The notes beneath the pieces were generated by a model, which saw only the letters and a program-made list of their open reading frames with translations, ran no database searches and was not told where the DNA came from. From NCBI GenBank assembly GCA_048367555.1, contig DBGCAP010000001.1, forward strand, positions 2,578 to 66,577: a DNA stretch of 64,000 nucleotides. The letters are read 5' to 3'. The number at the start of each line of letters is the position of its first letter. Within the stretch, counting starts at the first letter, position 1. The stretch comes from Collinsella sp. (GTDB taxonomy: Bacteria; Actinomycetota; Coriobacteriia; Coriobacteriales; Coriobacteriaceae). Position numbers and translations under genes: made by a program. This document shows, piece after piece, positions 53,671 through 63,594 of the stretch.

Positions 53671-54552
53671 ATGACGGTCTTTATCCAATACCTGGTCAAC
53701 GGCCTGTCCATGGGCAGCGTCTACGCCATCATCGCGTTGGGCTACACCATGGTCTACGGTATCGCCAAGATGCTGAACTTCGCTCACGGCGACGTCATCA
53801 TGGTCGGTGCCTATGTCTCGTTCTGCGCCACGTCGTATCTCGGCCTCCCGGGCTGGGCATCTGTAATTCTCTCTTGTGTGGCCTGTACCGTTCTCGGTGT
53901 TCTCATCGAGGGTCTGGCATACAAGCCGCTGCGTCAGGCGGGCCCGCTGGCCGTTCTGATCACGGCTATCGGCGTGTCCTACTTCCTGCAGAACGCCGCG
54001 CAGCTTCTGTGGGGCGCCACGCCCAAGAACTTCACTTCGCTCGTCACCTTCCAGGTGCCGGAGTTCTTGGCCAAGTTCAACGTAAGCGCCGTCTCGCTCG
54101 TCACCATCGTCGCCTGCCTGGTTATCATGGCCGGCCTGATGTTCTTTACAGGTAAGACCAAGATGGGCAAGGCCATGCGCGCCGTGTCCGAGGACAAGGC
54201 TGCCGCTCAGCTCATGGGCATCAACGTCAACCGCACCATTTCGATGACGTTCGCCATCGGCTCTGCCCTTGCCGCCATCGCCGGCGTGCTGCTGTGCTCC
54301 TACTCGCCGGTGCTGCAGCCCACGACGGGTGCCATGCCTGGCATCAAGGCCTTCGACGCCGCTGTCTTCGGTGGCATCGGCTCCATCCCCGGCGCTTTTG
54401 TCGGTGGCATTCTCATCGGCATCATCGAAGCGATGGCGCAGGCTTACATTTCCACGAGCCTTGCCAACTCCATCGTCTTTGGTGTTCTGATCATCGTCCT
54501 GCTCGTCAAGCCTGCCGGCCTCTTGGGCAAGTACGTCCCCGAGAAGGTGTAG
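53671..54552 (+). CDS. livH: Branched-chain amino acid ABC transporter permease (LivH type)
   Basis: MTVFIQYLVNGLSMGSVYAIIALGYTMVYG is the canonical LivH N-terminus. The start is reassigned from 53578. Confidence 0.9.
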   Translation: MTVFIQYLVNGLSMGSVYAIIALGYTMVYGIAKMLNFAHGDVIMVGAYVSFCATSYLGLPGWASVILSCVACTVLGVLIEGLAYKPLRQAGPLAVLITAIGVSYFLQNAAQLLWGATPKNFTSLVTFQVPEFLAKFNVSAVSLVTIVACLVIMAGLMFFTGKTKMGKAMRAVSEDKAAAQLMGINVNRTISMTFAIGSALAAIAGVLLCSYSPVLQPTTGAMPGIKAFDAAVFGGIGSIPGAFVGGILIGIIEAMAQAYISTSLANSIVFGVLIIVLLVKPAGLLGKYVPEKV

Positions 54553-55641
54553 GTGAGCGTTATGAAGTTTCTTAAAGACAAGCAGACGCGTCACGACTTT
54601 GTCACGTACGCCATGTGCCTTGTGGCGTTTGCCATCGTGTTCTTTATGCAGTCTAACCACATGATTCCGCGCATGATCGCCGGTCAGCTGGTCCCCATTA
54701 CGGCCTATATCGTCATGGCCATTTCCCTCAACCTCGTCGTCGGTATCGCGGGCGACTTGTCGCTGGGCCACGCGGGCTTTATGAGCGTCGGCGCCTATAC
54801 GGGCATCGTTACCGCCGTCGCGCTGGAGGGCGCCGTTCCGTCCGACCCGATGCGTCTGATCATCAGCATTGTGGTCGGCGCTATCGCCGCTGCCATCTTG
54901 GGCTTCTTGATCGGTATCCCGGTCCTGCGCCTGAGCGGCGATTACCTGGCTATCGTGACGCTGGCCTTTGGCGAGATCATCAAAGAGATCGTCACCTGCC
55001 TCATTGTGGGTGTCGACTCTCGCGGCCTGCATGTGATCTTTAACATCACGGGTAACTCCACGATCGACGACCTGCACCTGCTCGAGGACGGCACCGCCAT
55101 CATCAAGGGCGCCCAGGGCGCCTCGGGCGTGTCGACGTACTCGACCTTCCTTGCCGGTGCCATCCTGGTCATGGTCGCACTCGTGATCGTGCTCAACCTG
55201 GTTCGCAGCCGTACCGGCCGTGCCATTATGGCCGTGCGCGATAACAAGATTGCAGCCGAGTCCGTAGGCATCTCCGTCACCGAGTACCGCATGATCGCCT
55301 TCGTGGTTTCCGCTGCCCTCGCCGGTGCTGCCGGAGCTCTCTTCGGCGGTAACTTCTCGCAGCTCTCCGCCACCAAGTTCGACTTCAACACGTCCATCCT
55401 CATCCTGGTGTTCGTGGTCTTGGGTGGTCTGGGCAATATGCGCGGCTCCGTTATCGCGGCGGCGTTGCTCACGGTGCTTCCCGAGCTGCTCCGTCAGTTC
55501 TCGGACTACCGCATGCTCATTTACGCCATCGTGCTGATCCTGGTCATGATCTTTACCAACAACCCGCAGCTCAAGGCGTTCTTCGGTCGCGTCAAGGACC
55601 GCTTTGCTTCCAAGAAGGAGGTGGCAGCCGATGCCCAGTAA
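54553..55641 (+). CDS. livM: Branched-chain amino acid ABC transporter permease (LivM type)
   Basis: LNLVVGIAGDLSLGHAGFMSVGAY is the LivM signature. The start is GTG 54553 or ATG 54562. Confidence 0.9.
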   Translation: MSVMKFLKDKQTRHDFVTYAMCLVAFAIVFFMQSNHMIPRMIAGQLVPITAYIVMAISLNLVVGIAGDLSLGHAGFMSVGAYTGIVTAVALEGAVPSDPMRLIISIVVGAIAAAILGFLIGIPVLRLSGDYLAIVTLAFGEIIKEIVTCLIVGVDSRGLHVIFNITGNSTIDDLHLLEDGTAIIKGAQGASGVSTYSTFLAGAILVMVALVIVLNLVRSRTGRAIMAVRDNKIAAESVGISVTEYRMIAFVVSAALAGAAGALFGGNFSQLSATKFDFNTSILILVFVVLGGLGNMRGSVIAAALLTVLPELLRQFSDYRMLIYAIVLILVMIFTNNPQLKAFFGRVKDRFASKKEVAADAQ

Positions 55642-56491
55642 ATTTGAGTTCAACAAGGGCAAGATGGTCCCGTATCCTTCTGGCGCCATCGTTCCCGACC
55701 GCGACCTGGGCGAGCGCCCGGCACTCGAGTGCATCCACCTGGGTATTGAATTCGGTGGCCTTAAGGCAGTCGACGACTTTAGCCTGACTATCGGCAAGAC
55801 CGAGATCGCCGGTCTGATCGGCCCCAACGGTGCCGGTAAGACCACGGTCTTCAACCTGCTCACCAAGGTGTATCAGCCCACGCACGGCACCATCCTGCTC
55901 GACGGCGAGGACACCTCGGGCAAGTCGGTCTATCAGGTCAACCGCATGGGTATTGCCCGTACGTTCCAGAACATTCGCCTGTTCAACACCATGACGGTTG
56001 AGGATAACGTTAAGGTCGGCCTGCACAACCAGGAGCGCTACTCTGGCTTTGAGGGCGTGCTGCGCCTGCCGACGTATTGGAAGCACGAGAAGGCCGCCCA
56101 CGAGCGCGCCATGGAGCTGCTGTCCATCTTTGATATGGAGCATCTGGCAAACGAGCAGGCCGGGTCGCTGCCTTACGGCGCCCAGCGTCGTCTGGAGATC
56201 GTCCGCGCGCTTGCCACCAACCCCAAGCTGCTGCTGCTCGACGAGCCTGCCGCCGGCATGAACCCGTCCGAGACCGCGGAGCTTATGGAGAACATCGTCA
56301 AGATTCGCGACACCTTCGGCATCGCCATCATGCTTATCGAGCATGATATGTCGCTCGTTATGAACATCTGCGAGGGTATCTGCGTACTTAACTTTGGCAA
56401 GGTCATCGCCAAGGGCACGGCAGAGGAAATCCAGAACAACGACGCTGTTATCGAGGCATATCTGGGCAAGCAGGACAAGGGGGAGAACTAA
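55631..56491 (+). CDS. livG: Branched-chain amino acid ABC transporter ATP-binding protein (LivG type)
   Basis: Walker A GPNGAGKTT, the LPYGAQRRLEI signature, and Walker B LLLLDEP. The start overlaps the livM stop. Confidence 0.92.
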   Translation: MPSKFEFNKGKMVPYPSGAIVPDRDLGERPALECIHLGIEFGGLKAVDDFSLTIGKTEIAGLIGPNGAGKTTVFNLLTKVYQPTHGTILLDGEDTSGKSVYQVNRMGIARTFQNIRLFNTMTVEDNVKVGLHNQERYSGFEGVLRLPTYWKHEKAAHERAMELLSIFDMEHLANEQAGSLPYGAQRRLEIVRALATNPKLLLLDEPAAGMNPSETAELMENIVKIRDTFGIAIMLIEHDMSLVMNICEGICVLNFGKVIAKGTAEEIQNNDAVIEAYLGKQDKGEN

Positions 56492-57205
56492 ATGGCAGAG
56501 CCGATGCTTTCCGTCTACAACATCAACGTCTGGTACGGCGCCATCCACGCCATCAAGGACATCTCCTTTAACGTCAACGAGGGTGAGATCGTGGCCTTGA
56601 TCGGTGCGAACGGTGCCGGTAAGTCCACGACGCTTAAAACCGTTTCGGGCCTGCTACGTTCCAAGACCGGTTCCATCAAGTTTATGGGCGAGGACATTAC
56701 CCATACGCCCGCCGATAAGCTGGTGGGTAAGGGCCTGGCTCAGGTCCCCGAGGGCCGTCGCGCCTTTTTGCAGATGACGGTCGAGGAGAACCTGGAGATG
56801 GGCGCCTACACGCAGCCCAAGTCCACGGTTGCTCCGGGCCTTGAGCGCGTCTACGAGCAGTTCCCGCGCCTGAAGGAGCGTCGTCGCCAGGTCGCCGGCA
56901 CCCTTTCGGGCGGCGAGCAGCAGATGCTCGTTATGGGCCGCGCCCTTATGAGCAACCCTAAGCTGCTCATGCTCGATGAGCCCTCTATGGGCTTGGCACC
57001 GATTCTGATTGAGCAGATCTTCCAGATCGTCGAGGATCTGCATAAGGCCGGAACCACGGTGCTCCTGGTCGAGCAAAACGCACAGATGGCGCTTTCCATC
57101 GCCACACGCGGCTACGTGCTCGAGACCGGCAAGATCACCATGGCCGGCACCGGCCAAGAGCTGCTGCACGACGATAACGTGCGTAAAGCCTACCTGGGCG
57201 GTTAG
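56492..57205 (+). CDS. livF: Branched-chain amino acid ABC transporter ATP-binding protein (LivF type)
   Basis: Walker A GANGAGKST, signature LSGGEQQML, and Walker B LLMLDEPS. Confidence 0.92.
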   Translation: MAEPMLSVYNINVWYGAIHAIKDISFNVNEGEIVALIGANGAGKSTTLKTVSGLLRSKTGSIKFMGEDITHTPADKLVGKGLAQVPEGRRAFLQMTVEENLEMGAYTQPKSTVAPGLERVYEQFPRLKERRRQVAGTLSGGEQQMLVMGRALMSNPKLLMLDEPSMGLAPILIEQIFQIVEDLHKAGTTVLLVEQNAQMALSIATRGYVLETGKITMAGTGQELLHDDNVRKAYLGG

Positions 57206-57209
57206 ATAG

Positions 57210-57235
57210 TTACGGCGTTTTACCAAACGCCGTAA
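57210..57235 (+). terminator. Hairpin after livF
   Basis: TTACGGCGTT-ttaccaa-AACGCCGTAA. There is no clear U-tract. Confidence 0.45.
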
Positions 57236-57509
57236 TCAGCCGACGCTGCAAGCCCGCCAGGGCGGCAATCTGCCTTTCAACTTCGGCGGCATGACCAGAA
57301 GGTCAATGCCGCCTCGTTTCAAGGCACCTTGCTCGCCCTGACGGGCTTTCGCTGTCGTTGCCATAACATCGGCGTTGTGGCAGATGCCAAGAGGTAGTCG
57401 TTGGCCCAGTGATCCGTTTTCCTCCGTCCCCAAGGGATCATTGTGCGGGTTGGTATGTAAAGTGCGACAATGCCGTGTGGAAATAGAAATGTCATCTGGG
57501 GGTCTATCT

Positions 57510-58187
57510 ATGCTGTACGAGTTTTGTGCTGAGAACTTTGAGCGGGTGCCGGCGGCTATTGATGCCGGTGCAAGGCGCATCGAGCTGTGCGACAACCTTG
57601 CCGTCGGTGGTACTACGCCCTCGGCTGGCGTTATCAGCGCTACGGTCGGCTATGCTCACGAGCATGACGCGCGAGTGATGTGCATGATTCGCCCGCGTGG
57701 CGGTGACTTTCACTACAACCAGGACGAGCTGCGCATGATGGAGATGGACTTGGGTCTTGCCGTGAGCGCCGGCGCCGATGGCTTGGTCTTTGGCTGCTGC
57801 AAACCCTGCGCTGGCGGATGGGCACTCGATGAGCTTACACTCGGCGCCCTCGTGATGGCCGCGGGCTGCGCGACCGAGGAGTGCAAGCGCGAGTCCCTTG
57901 ACATCACCTTCCACATGGCCTTTGACCAGCTCTCGCCCGAGGCTCAGATCGATGCTGTCGACACGCTCGCCGACTGTGGCATCACGCGTATCCTGACGCA
58001 TGGTGGTGCTGCCGGAACGCCGATCGAGGACAATCTGGAGCACCTATCGCGTCTTGTCGAGTATGCGGGCGACCGCCTGACCATCCTTCCCGGCGGCGGC
58101 ATTTCCACGGCCAACCGCGATACCGTGGCGGCGGCATTGGGCGTCTCCGAGCTCCATGGCACCAAGATCGTGCCGCTGGAGGCGTAA
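57510..58187 (+). CDS. cutC: CutC-family copper homeostasis protein
   Basis: MLYEFCAENFERVPAAIDAGARRIELCDNLAVGGTTPS is the canonical CutC N-terminus. The start is reassigned from 57375. Confidence 0.85.
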   Translation: MLYEFCAENFERVPAAIDAGARRIELCDNLAVGGTTPSAGVISATVGYAHEHDARVMCMIRPRGGDFHYNQDELRMMEMDLGLAVSAGADGLVFGCCKPCAGGWALDELTLGALVMAAGCATEECKRESLDITFHMAFDQLSPEAQIDAVDTLADCGITRILTHGGAAGTPIEDNLEHLSRLVEYAGDRLTILPGGGISTANRDTVAAALGVSELHGTKIVPLEA

Positions 58188-58190
58188 CCC

Positions 58191-58988
58191 GTGGCGCTGG
58201 TATTTGACGTTCAGCAGGCGAGCGGCAAGCCCGACGACAACCGGCGCCCTGGCACCGCGTGCCCCTTTTGCGATACCGAGGGACTCGCCAATATCATCCG
58301 GCGCGACGGCGACTGCATCTGGCTCGAGAATAAGTTCAAAACCCTGCGCGCCACCCGTCAAACCGTGCTGATCGAGTCAGCCGATCACGATGCCGACCTG
58401 GCGACCTATGAGCCAGATGAACTCCACCATGTGATGAGGTTTGCCCTGGATTGCTGGCAGCAGATGATCGATTCGCAGCAGTATCGAAGCGTGCTCATGT
58501 ACAAGAACAAGGGTCCTCTCTCGGGCGGTAGTCTCGTTCATCCGCACATGCAGATTGTGGGTTTGGAGCAGGAAGACGGCTATGCTTCGTTGACTTCCGC
58601 CAATTTCGAAGGCATCAATGTCTGGCAACAGGGGAGAATCGCGGCCAACATCTCAACCGAACCGATCATGGGGTTCTTTGAGGTCAACGTTTCAGCCCCG
58701 CAGGGAATTGCCGCCAGCGATGACACAAGAGACCAAGCCGAGGCAGATCTCTTCGCCGATGCGATCCAGGTGGCTCTGCGCTATATCCTGAACGAGCACC
58801 ACGGTGGTCGCGCAGAGTCGTACAACTTGTTCTTCTATCACCTGGGCGGTCGGACCATTGCCAAGGCGCTGCCGCGTTGGGTGGTTTCGCCCTACTTTGT
58901 CGGTTATCGTTTGGCCCAGGTCAATGCCGAGACAACGCTCGATATCGATGCTGAGCGCTTGCGTGCGCATCTGGAAACGCTCGTATAG
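58191..58988 (+). CDS. GalT-like HIT-superfamily nucleotidyltransferase (DUF4931-like)
   Basis: CPFC zinc-knuckle-like motif and the GGSLVHPHMQIVG histidine triad variant (HxHxQ). GTG start 3 nt after the cutC stop. Confidence 0.6.
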   Translation: MALVFDVQQASGKPDDNRRPGTACPFCDTEGLANIIRRDGDCIWLENKFKTLRATRQTVLIESADHDADLATYEPDELHHVMRFALDCWQQMIDSQQYRSVLMYKNKGPLSGGSLVHPHMQIVGLEQEDGYASLTSANFEGINVWQQGRIAANISTEPIMGFFEVNVSAPQGIAASDDTRDQAEADLFADAIQVALRYILNEHHGGRAESYNLFFYHLGGRTIAKALPRWVVSPYFVGYRLAQVNAETTLDIDAERLRAHLETLV

Positions 58989-59018
58989 CAAGATTAACAC
59001 CCGTGTAATGCGGACAGT

Positions 59019-60017
59019 CTAGCGCGCCATGGCGTCGCGGCCGGCCTCGACACGCTTGCGCTGAGCGGCGCGCTCCTCGCCGGTCAGACGCTCAAAGAGA
59101 TGCCCGATAAACGAGGCGAGTATCTGCTGAAACAGCGTTCCGCACATGACGGGAAACACGACTTCGCCTGGAAAGTACTGTGTGGCGATGACGGCGCCCG
59201 AAGAGATGTTACGCATGCCGCAGGTAAAGCACATGGTAGTCGTCTCGCTATATGGCAGATGCAGCGCACGGGCGACCAGAAAACCGACGACAAAGCCGCT
59301 GATGGCGAAGGTCAAAATAAAGAGGGCGACTTCCAGACGTATCGCGTTCATGTGCAGGACGTACTCGCTCATGGCGGTGGAGTTGGAGGCGATAACGCCC
59401 ATCATCATGAACTTGCAGGCGGGCGAGAGCGCGGGGGAGAGCTTCTCGTGTCCCCATCCACGTGTGACCTCGTTGATCACGATGCCGAGCACGGCGGGGA
59501 TGGCGATCATAAAGGCCATGTCCTGCATCATGCTCAGCACATCGATCGAGACGGTGGCACCCAGCAAGAGCTTCAGCGTGAGCGGAATCGTCACAGGCGA
59601 GATAACCGAGGACGTCAGGATGATGGTGAGCGCGAGCGGGCCGTTGCCGCCGAACATGCTAATCCACATAAAGGCAGTGACCGCCACGGGTACGCTGTAC
59701 TCGAGCACGATGCCGCAGACAAGGTTGGGATTGGAGCTAAAGAACAGCGATCCCATGGCATAGGCTGCTATGGGAATAAGCACCGCCGAGACGAGCAGCG
59801 CCAAAATCAGGTGCAGGGGACGGCGGAACACCTCAGCGACCTGGTGGAAGGTGTTGCTGAGCGCACCTTGGAACGTCATAAAGGCGAAGAGGGCGGGAAC
59901 GATGGGCTTGAGTACGCCGATCTGCTGGGGAAAGAGCACGCCGAGCGTTACGCAAATCGGAACGATGACCTGCATGTGCCCCGCGAGGAACTTTCCCAGT
60001 CCAACCCATTGCTTCAT
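59019..60017 (-). CDS. Bile acid:sodium symporter (BASS/SBF-like) family transporter
   Basis: About 10-TM protein with an SBF-family pattern (FMTFQGAL, GIVLEYSVPVAV, CGMRNISSGAV). The start is reassigned to ATG 60015-60017. Confidence 0.7.
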   Translation of the reverse strand: MKQWVGLGKFLAGHMQVIVPICVTLGVLFPQQIGVLKPIVPALFAFMTFQGALSNTFHQVAEVFRRPLHLILALLVSAVLIPIAAYAMGSLFFSSNPNLVCGIVLEYSVPVAVTAFMWISMFGGNGPLALTIILTSSVISPVTIPLTLKLLLGATVSIDVLSMMQDMAFMIAIPAVLGIVINEVTRGWGHEKLSPALSPACKFMMMGVIASNSTAMSEYVLHMNAIRLEVALFILTFAISGFVVGFLVARALHLPYSETTTMCFTCGMRNISSGAVIATQYFPGEVVFPVMCGTLFQQILASFIGHLFERLTGEERAAQRKRVEAGRDAMAR

Positions 60018-60291
60018 ATGCCCCGTGACTCCCTTTATCCGCGAACTCGTTTGAATGGATATGCTAGACGCTCGCATGAGTCCGTGCGTCAGAAACGCTC
60101 GATTATTTCGAGGGTATTACCGGCCTCGTTTACCGAAACCAGGGCGTGCCGCGAGGCTCTGCGTCCGTGCCGCACGGTATAATAAATCCGTTCAACAGAT
60201 CTGCCTGCCGAAGCGGGCATACACAGAGGACTCATCGCTATGAACCGTGAGAGGTATCGCGGCGACCTGCCCCTATCGGGGGTGGGCGCCT

Positions 60292-63200
60292 ATGTCATCG
60301 CTTAAGACGACACATCGCTGGGCGGTCGCTCAGCAAAATCCCGAGCTCGAAAAGGAGCTTTCGGCTGGTCTGGGCATACCCGGGCTGGTGGCGCGTATTA
60401 TGGTTGCGCACGGTATTGCCTCGATTGAGGAAGGACAGCTATTTTTGACGCCTTCGCTCGATCGCGACTGGGCCGACCCACTCATTATCCCGGGCATGTC
60501 GGTCGTTGCCGACCGCGTCGAGCGTGCTATTCGCAACCACGAGCACATTGCGGTCTTCGGCGATTTTGACGTTGACGGTATTACGTCGACCTGCCTGTTG
60601 ACCGAGGCGCTGCGAACGTTTGGCGCCAATGTCACACCGTTCATCCCGCATCGCTTTGACGAGGGCTACGGTCTTTCGCGCGCGGCGCTCGACCGCGTTA
60701 ACGAGCTCGCTCGTCCCCAGCTGATCGTGACCGTCGATAACGGCATTGCCGCCAAAGAAGAGGTTTCCTATCTGGAGAGCCTGGGGATCGATTTGGTGGT
60801 TACGGACCACCATGAGCCGTCCGACCAGGTGCCGCAGGGCGTGCCCCTGACCGACCCTAAGCTCGAGGATGAGGGTCCTTCGCGTGAACTTGCCGGCGCC
60901 GGCGTGGCGCTCAAGCTGGTGCAGGTCCTGGGTGAGCGTTTGGGCAAGCCGTCGTATTGGCGTTCGCTGATAGAGGTCGCGGCGCTGGGTACCGTGTCCG
61001 ACATGATGCCGCTCACGCCCGAGAATCGCGCGCTGGTCGCCGAGGGCATCCAGCAGATGCGCGTGACGGCCCGTCCCGGCTATATCGCGCTTGCCGCACT
61101 TGCCAAGGCCGACCTTTCTACCATTACGGCCGACGGCCTGTCGTTTTCGCTCATTCCCCGCTTAAACGCCGCCGGCCGCATGGCCGACCCCAAGCTGGCG
61201 CTCGACCTGCTGCTTGCCCGCGATCCTATCGAGGCAAGCGCGCTGGCGGCCGAGCTCGAGGAGATCAACCGTCAGCGTCGCGAGATTGAGGCGGAGCTCA
61301 CGCGCGATGCCATGGCAAAGGTCGAGGAGACCTATGATGGCGGGCGCGCGATTGTCGTGGGCGGCGAAGGCTGGCACGAGGGCGTTAAGGGCATCGTGGC
61401 GAGCCGCCTCACCAACCGATATCACGTGCCGGCGTTGCTCTTCTCTATCGAGGACGGTATAGCACGTGGCTCGGGCCGCTCGGTGGGTAAGGTCAACCTG
61501 TTCGAAGCCGTCGAGCGCTGCTCCGACCTGCTGATTCGCCGCGGTGGGCATGCCGGCGCGGTGGGCGTGACCATCGAGGCGTCTAAGCTCGATGAGTTTC
61601 GTCGACGTCTTTCCGCCGTGTTGTCCGAGCTTCCCGCCGAGGACTTTGAGGACACCGACGAGGTTGCCGCCACGGTCGACCTTTCCGAATTGAATATCGA
61701 GACCATCGAGCAGATCTCCCGTCTTGAGCCGTTTGGCCAGGGCAACAAGGTGCCGCTGTTGGCGGCCGAGGGCGTGACAATGTGCGATCGCGCCGTGGTG
61801 GGCAAAACTGGCGAGCACATGCGCTTCGTGGCGACCGATGGCGCCGCGAGTGTGCCGGCCATTATGTTCCGCGTGCCGCAGATCGATAAGCTCATCAATT
61901 GCGATAGCGCCGTCGATTTGGTGTTCGAGGCCGTGGCCGAGCATTGGCAAGGTCGCGTAAAGCCAAAGCTCATGATCAAGGATGTCTTGGTCCGCGATAC
62001 CACGGCGCCCCGCATTGACGATCCGGCATGTGAGCTTCGCCGTGGCGTGCAGCCGGCGGACTCCGATTTGCGCCTGGAGTCGCGTAAACGCGAGACGCTC
62101 GCTCAGCTTTCTTATACCGAGCTCACGCGCTCGCTCATTCACAGCTTTATCGGATCGAACCAGCCGCACCGCGCGCAGGTCGAGGCGCTTGACGCCCTGG
62201 CCGACCACCAGAGCGTTTTGGCCGTTATGGGAACGGGCCGCGGCAAGTCTCTGATTTTTCATGTACATGCCGCACGCGAGGCGGTCCTTCGCGGGCGTGC
62301 GAGCATCTTTGTCTATCCGCTGCGCGCACTCGTTGCCGACCAGGCCTATCACCTTTCCTCGACGATGGCCGCGCTCGGCATTGGCGTTGGCGTGCTGACC
62401 GGCGAGACCGTGGAGGCGGCGCGCGATGACGTGTTTGCCGGCCTGGCTTCGGGCCGCACCGGCATCGTTCTCACGACGCCGGAGTTCCTGTCTATCCATC
62501 GCGATCGCTTTGCGCGTTCTGGACGTATTGGCTTTGTCGTTATCGATGAGGCGCACCATGCCGGTCTTGCCAAAGGCGGCGACCGGAGCGCATACCTCGA
62601 CATGCCCGATATTCTCAAAGCTCTGGGCGACCCCGTTGTCATGGCGGCAACGGCTACCGCGACGGCCCCAGTCGTGGCAGAGCTTGCTCGCGTATTGCCG
62701 ATTACCAGGACGGTGGTCGACGAGACCGTTCGCGAGAACCTACAACTCGAGGACGACCGTGACCTTGCGAGCCGCGAAAATCGCCTGGTGTCGATCGTGG
62801 CGACGGGGGAGAAGACCGTTATCTACGTGAACTCCCGCGACCAGTCCGTGGCGCTTGCCAAGACGTTGCGCAAACGCGTGCCCGACTGTGCGACCCATAT
62901 CGCGTTCTATAACGCCGGGCTTGCGCGCTCCGATCGCCGGCGCGTCGAGGAAGCCTTTAGAGATGGAAGCCTCAGCTGCATCGTTTCAACCTCGGCCTTC
63001 GGTGAGGGCGTCAACCTACCCGATATCCGCCATGTCGTGCTCTACCACATGCCGTTTGGTGCGATTGAGTTTAACCAGATGAGTGGCCGTGCCGGTCGAG
63101 ATGGCCAGCCCGCCGTGATCCATCTGCTCTATTCGTCGCGCGACGCCCGTATTAACGAGCGCCTACTCGACTGCTATGCGCCCGAGCGCGACGAGCTCGT

Positions 63201-63579
63201 AACGCTCTATCGCGCGCTGCAGACCATGTGGCGCTCCAACCGCGGCAAGACCGGGGACGATTCCTTTAGCGCGAGCGATATCGACATCGCGCAGATGTGT
63301 CTTGCCATCGATGCTCGCACGCCGGTCGACGAGCGCTCGGTGGAAAGCGGCCTGGGAATCTTCGAAGAGCTTGGTTTCTGTCGCGTTTCGGGGTTTGATG
63401 ACACCCGTCGCATCGCGATGACTGAAAACCCCGGCCGCGTGCAACTGAGCAGGTCAATTCGCTATTTGGAGGGCTTGCGCTCGCGCATGGAGTTCTCGGC
63501 TTTCCGGAGTTGGGCTCTCGATTCGTGCGCTTCTGATATGCTAGCCAAAGTTAACCGCCCGATCGTACCGCGGGCCTAG
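60292..63579 (+). CDS. recJ: Fusion protein: RecJ single-stranded-DNA 5'-3' exonuclease (DHH/DHHA1/OB) plus a C-terminal RecQ-like SF2 helicase core
   Basis: RecJ part: GDFDVDGITS, TVDNG, VVTDHH, GGHAGAVG. Helicase part: GTGRGKS (about 62230), VVIDEAHH (about 62540), and QMSGRAGRDG (about 63076), the RecQ-type motif VI. It is one uninterrupted ORF of 1095 aa from ATG 60292. Confidence 0.85.
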   Translation: MSSLKTTHRWAVAQQNPELEKELSAGLGIPGLVARIMVAHGIASIEEGQLFLTPSLDRDWADPLIIPGMSVVADRVERAIRNHEHIAVFGDFDVDGITSTCLLTEALRTFGANVTPFIPHRFDEGYGLSRAALDRVNELARPQLIVTVDNGIAAKEEVSYLESLGIDLVVTDHHEPSDQVPQGVPLTDPKLEDEGPSRELAGAGVALKLVQVLGERLGKPSYWRSLIEVAALGTVSDMMPLTPENRALVAEGIQQMRVTARPGYIALAALAKADLSTITADGLSFSLIPRLNAAGRMADPKLALDLLLARDPIEASALAAELEEINRQRREIEAELTRDAMAKVEETYDGGRAIVVGGEGWHEGVKGIVASRLTNRYHVPALLFSIEDGIARGSGRSVGKVNLFEAVERCSDLLIRRGGHAGAVGVTIEASKLDEFRRRLSAVLSELPAEDFEDTDEVAATVDLSELNIETIEQISRLEPFGQGNKVPLLAAEGVTMCDRAVVGKTGEHMRFVATDGAASVPAIMFRVPQIDKLINCDSAVDLVFEAVAEHWQGRVKPKLMIKDVLVRDTTAPRIDDPACELRRGVQPADSDLRLESRKRETLAQLSYTELTRSLIHSFIGSNQPHRAQVEALDALADHQSVLAVMGTGRGKSLIFHVHAAREAVLRGRASIFVYPLRALVADQAYHLSSTMAALGIGVGVLTGETVEAARDDVFAGLASGRTGIVLTTPEFLSIHRDRFARSGRIGFVVIDEAHHAGLAKGGDRSAYLDMPDILKALGDPVVMAATATATAPVVAELARVLPITRTVVDETVRENLQLEDDRDLASRENRLVSIVATGEKTVIYVNSRDQSVALAKTLRKRVPDCATHIAFYNAGLARSDRRRVEEAFRDGSLSCIVSTSAFGEGVNLPDIRHVVLYHMPFGAIEFNQMSGRAGRDGQPAVIHLLYSSRDARINERLLDCYAPERDELVTLYRALQTMWRSNRGKTGDDSFSASDIDIAQMCLAIDARTPVDERSVESGLGIFEELGFCRVSGFDDTRRIAMTENPGRVQLSRSIRYLEGLRSRMEFSAFRSWALDSCASDMLAKVNRPIVPRA

Positions 63580-63594
63580 GGGAAGGGGACCTCG

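Noticed and set aside
53647-55866. 739-aa minus-strand ORF
   Set aside because: It is antisense to livH/livM/livG, whose + strand products show canonical permease and ABC motifs.
57236-57595. 119-aa minus-strand ORF in the livF-cutC intergenic region
   Set aside because: It has no RBS and no recognisable domain, and it overlaps the cutC start region. It may be a relic of something, but there is no support for a functional CDS.
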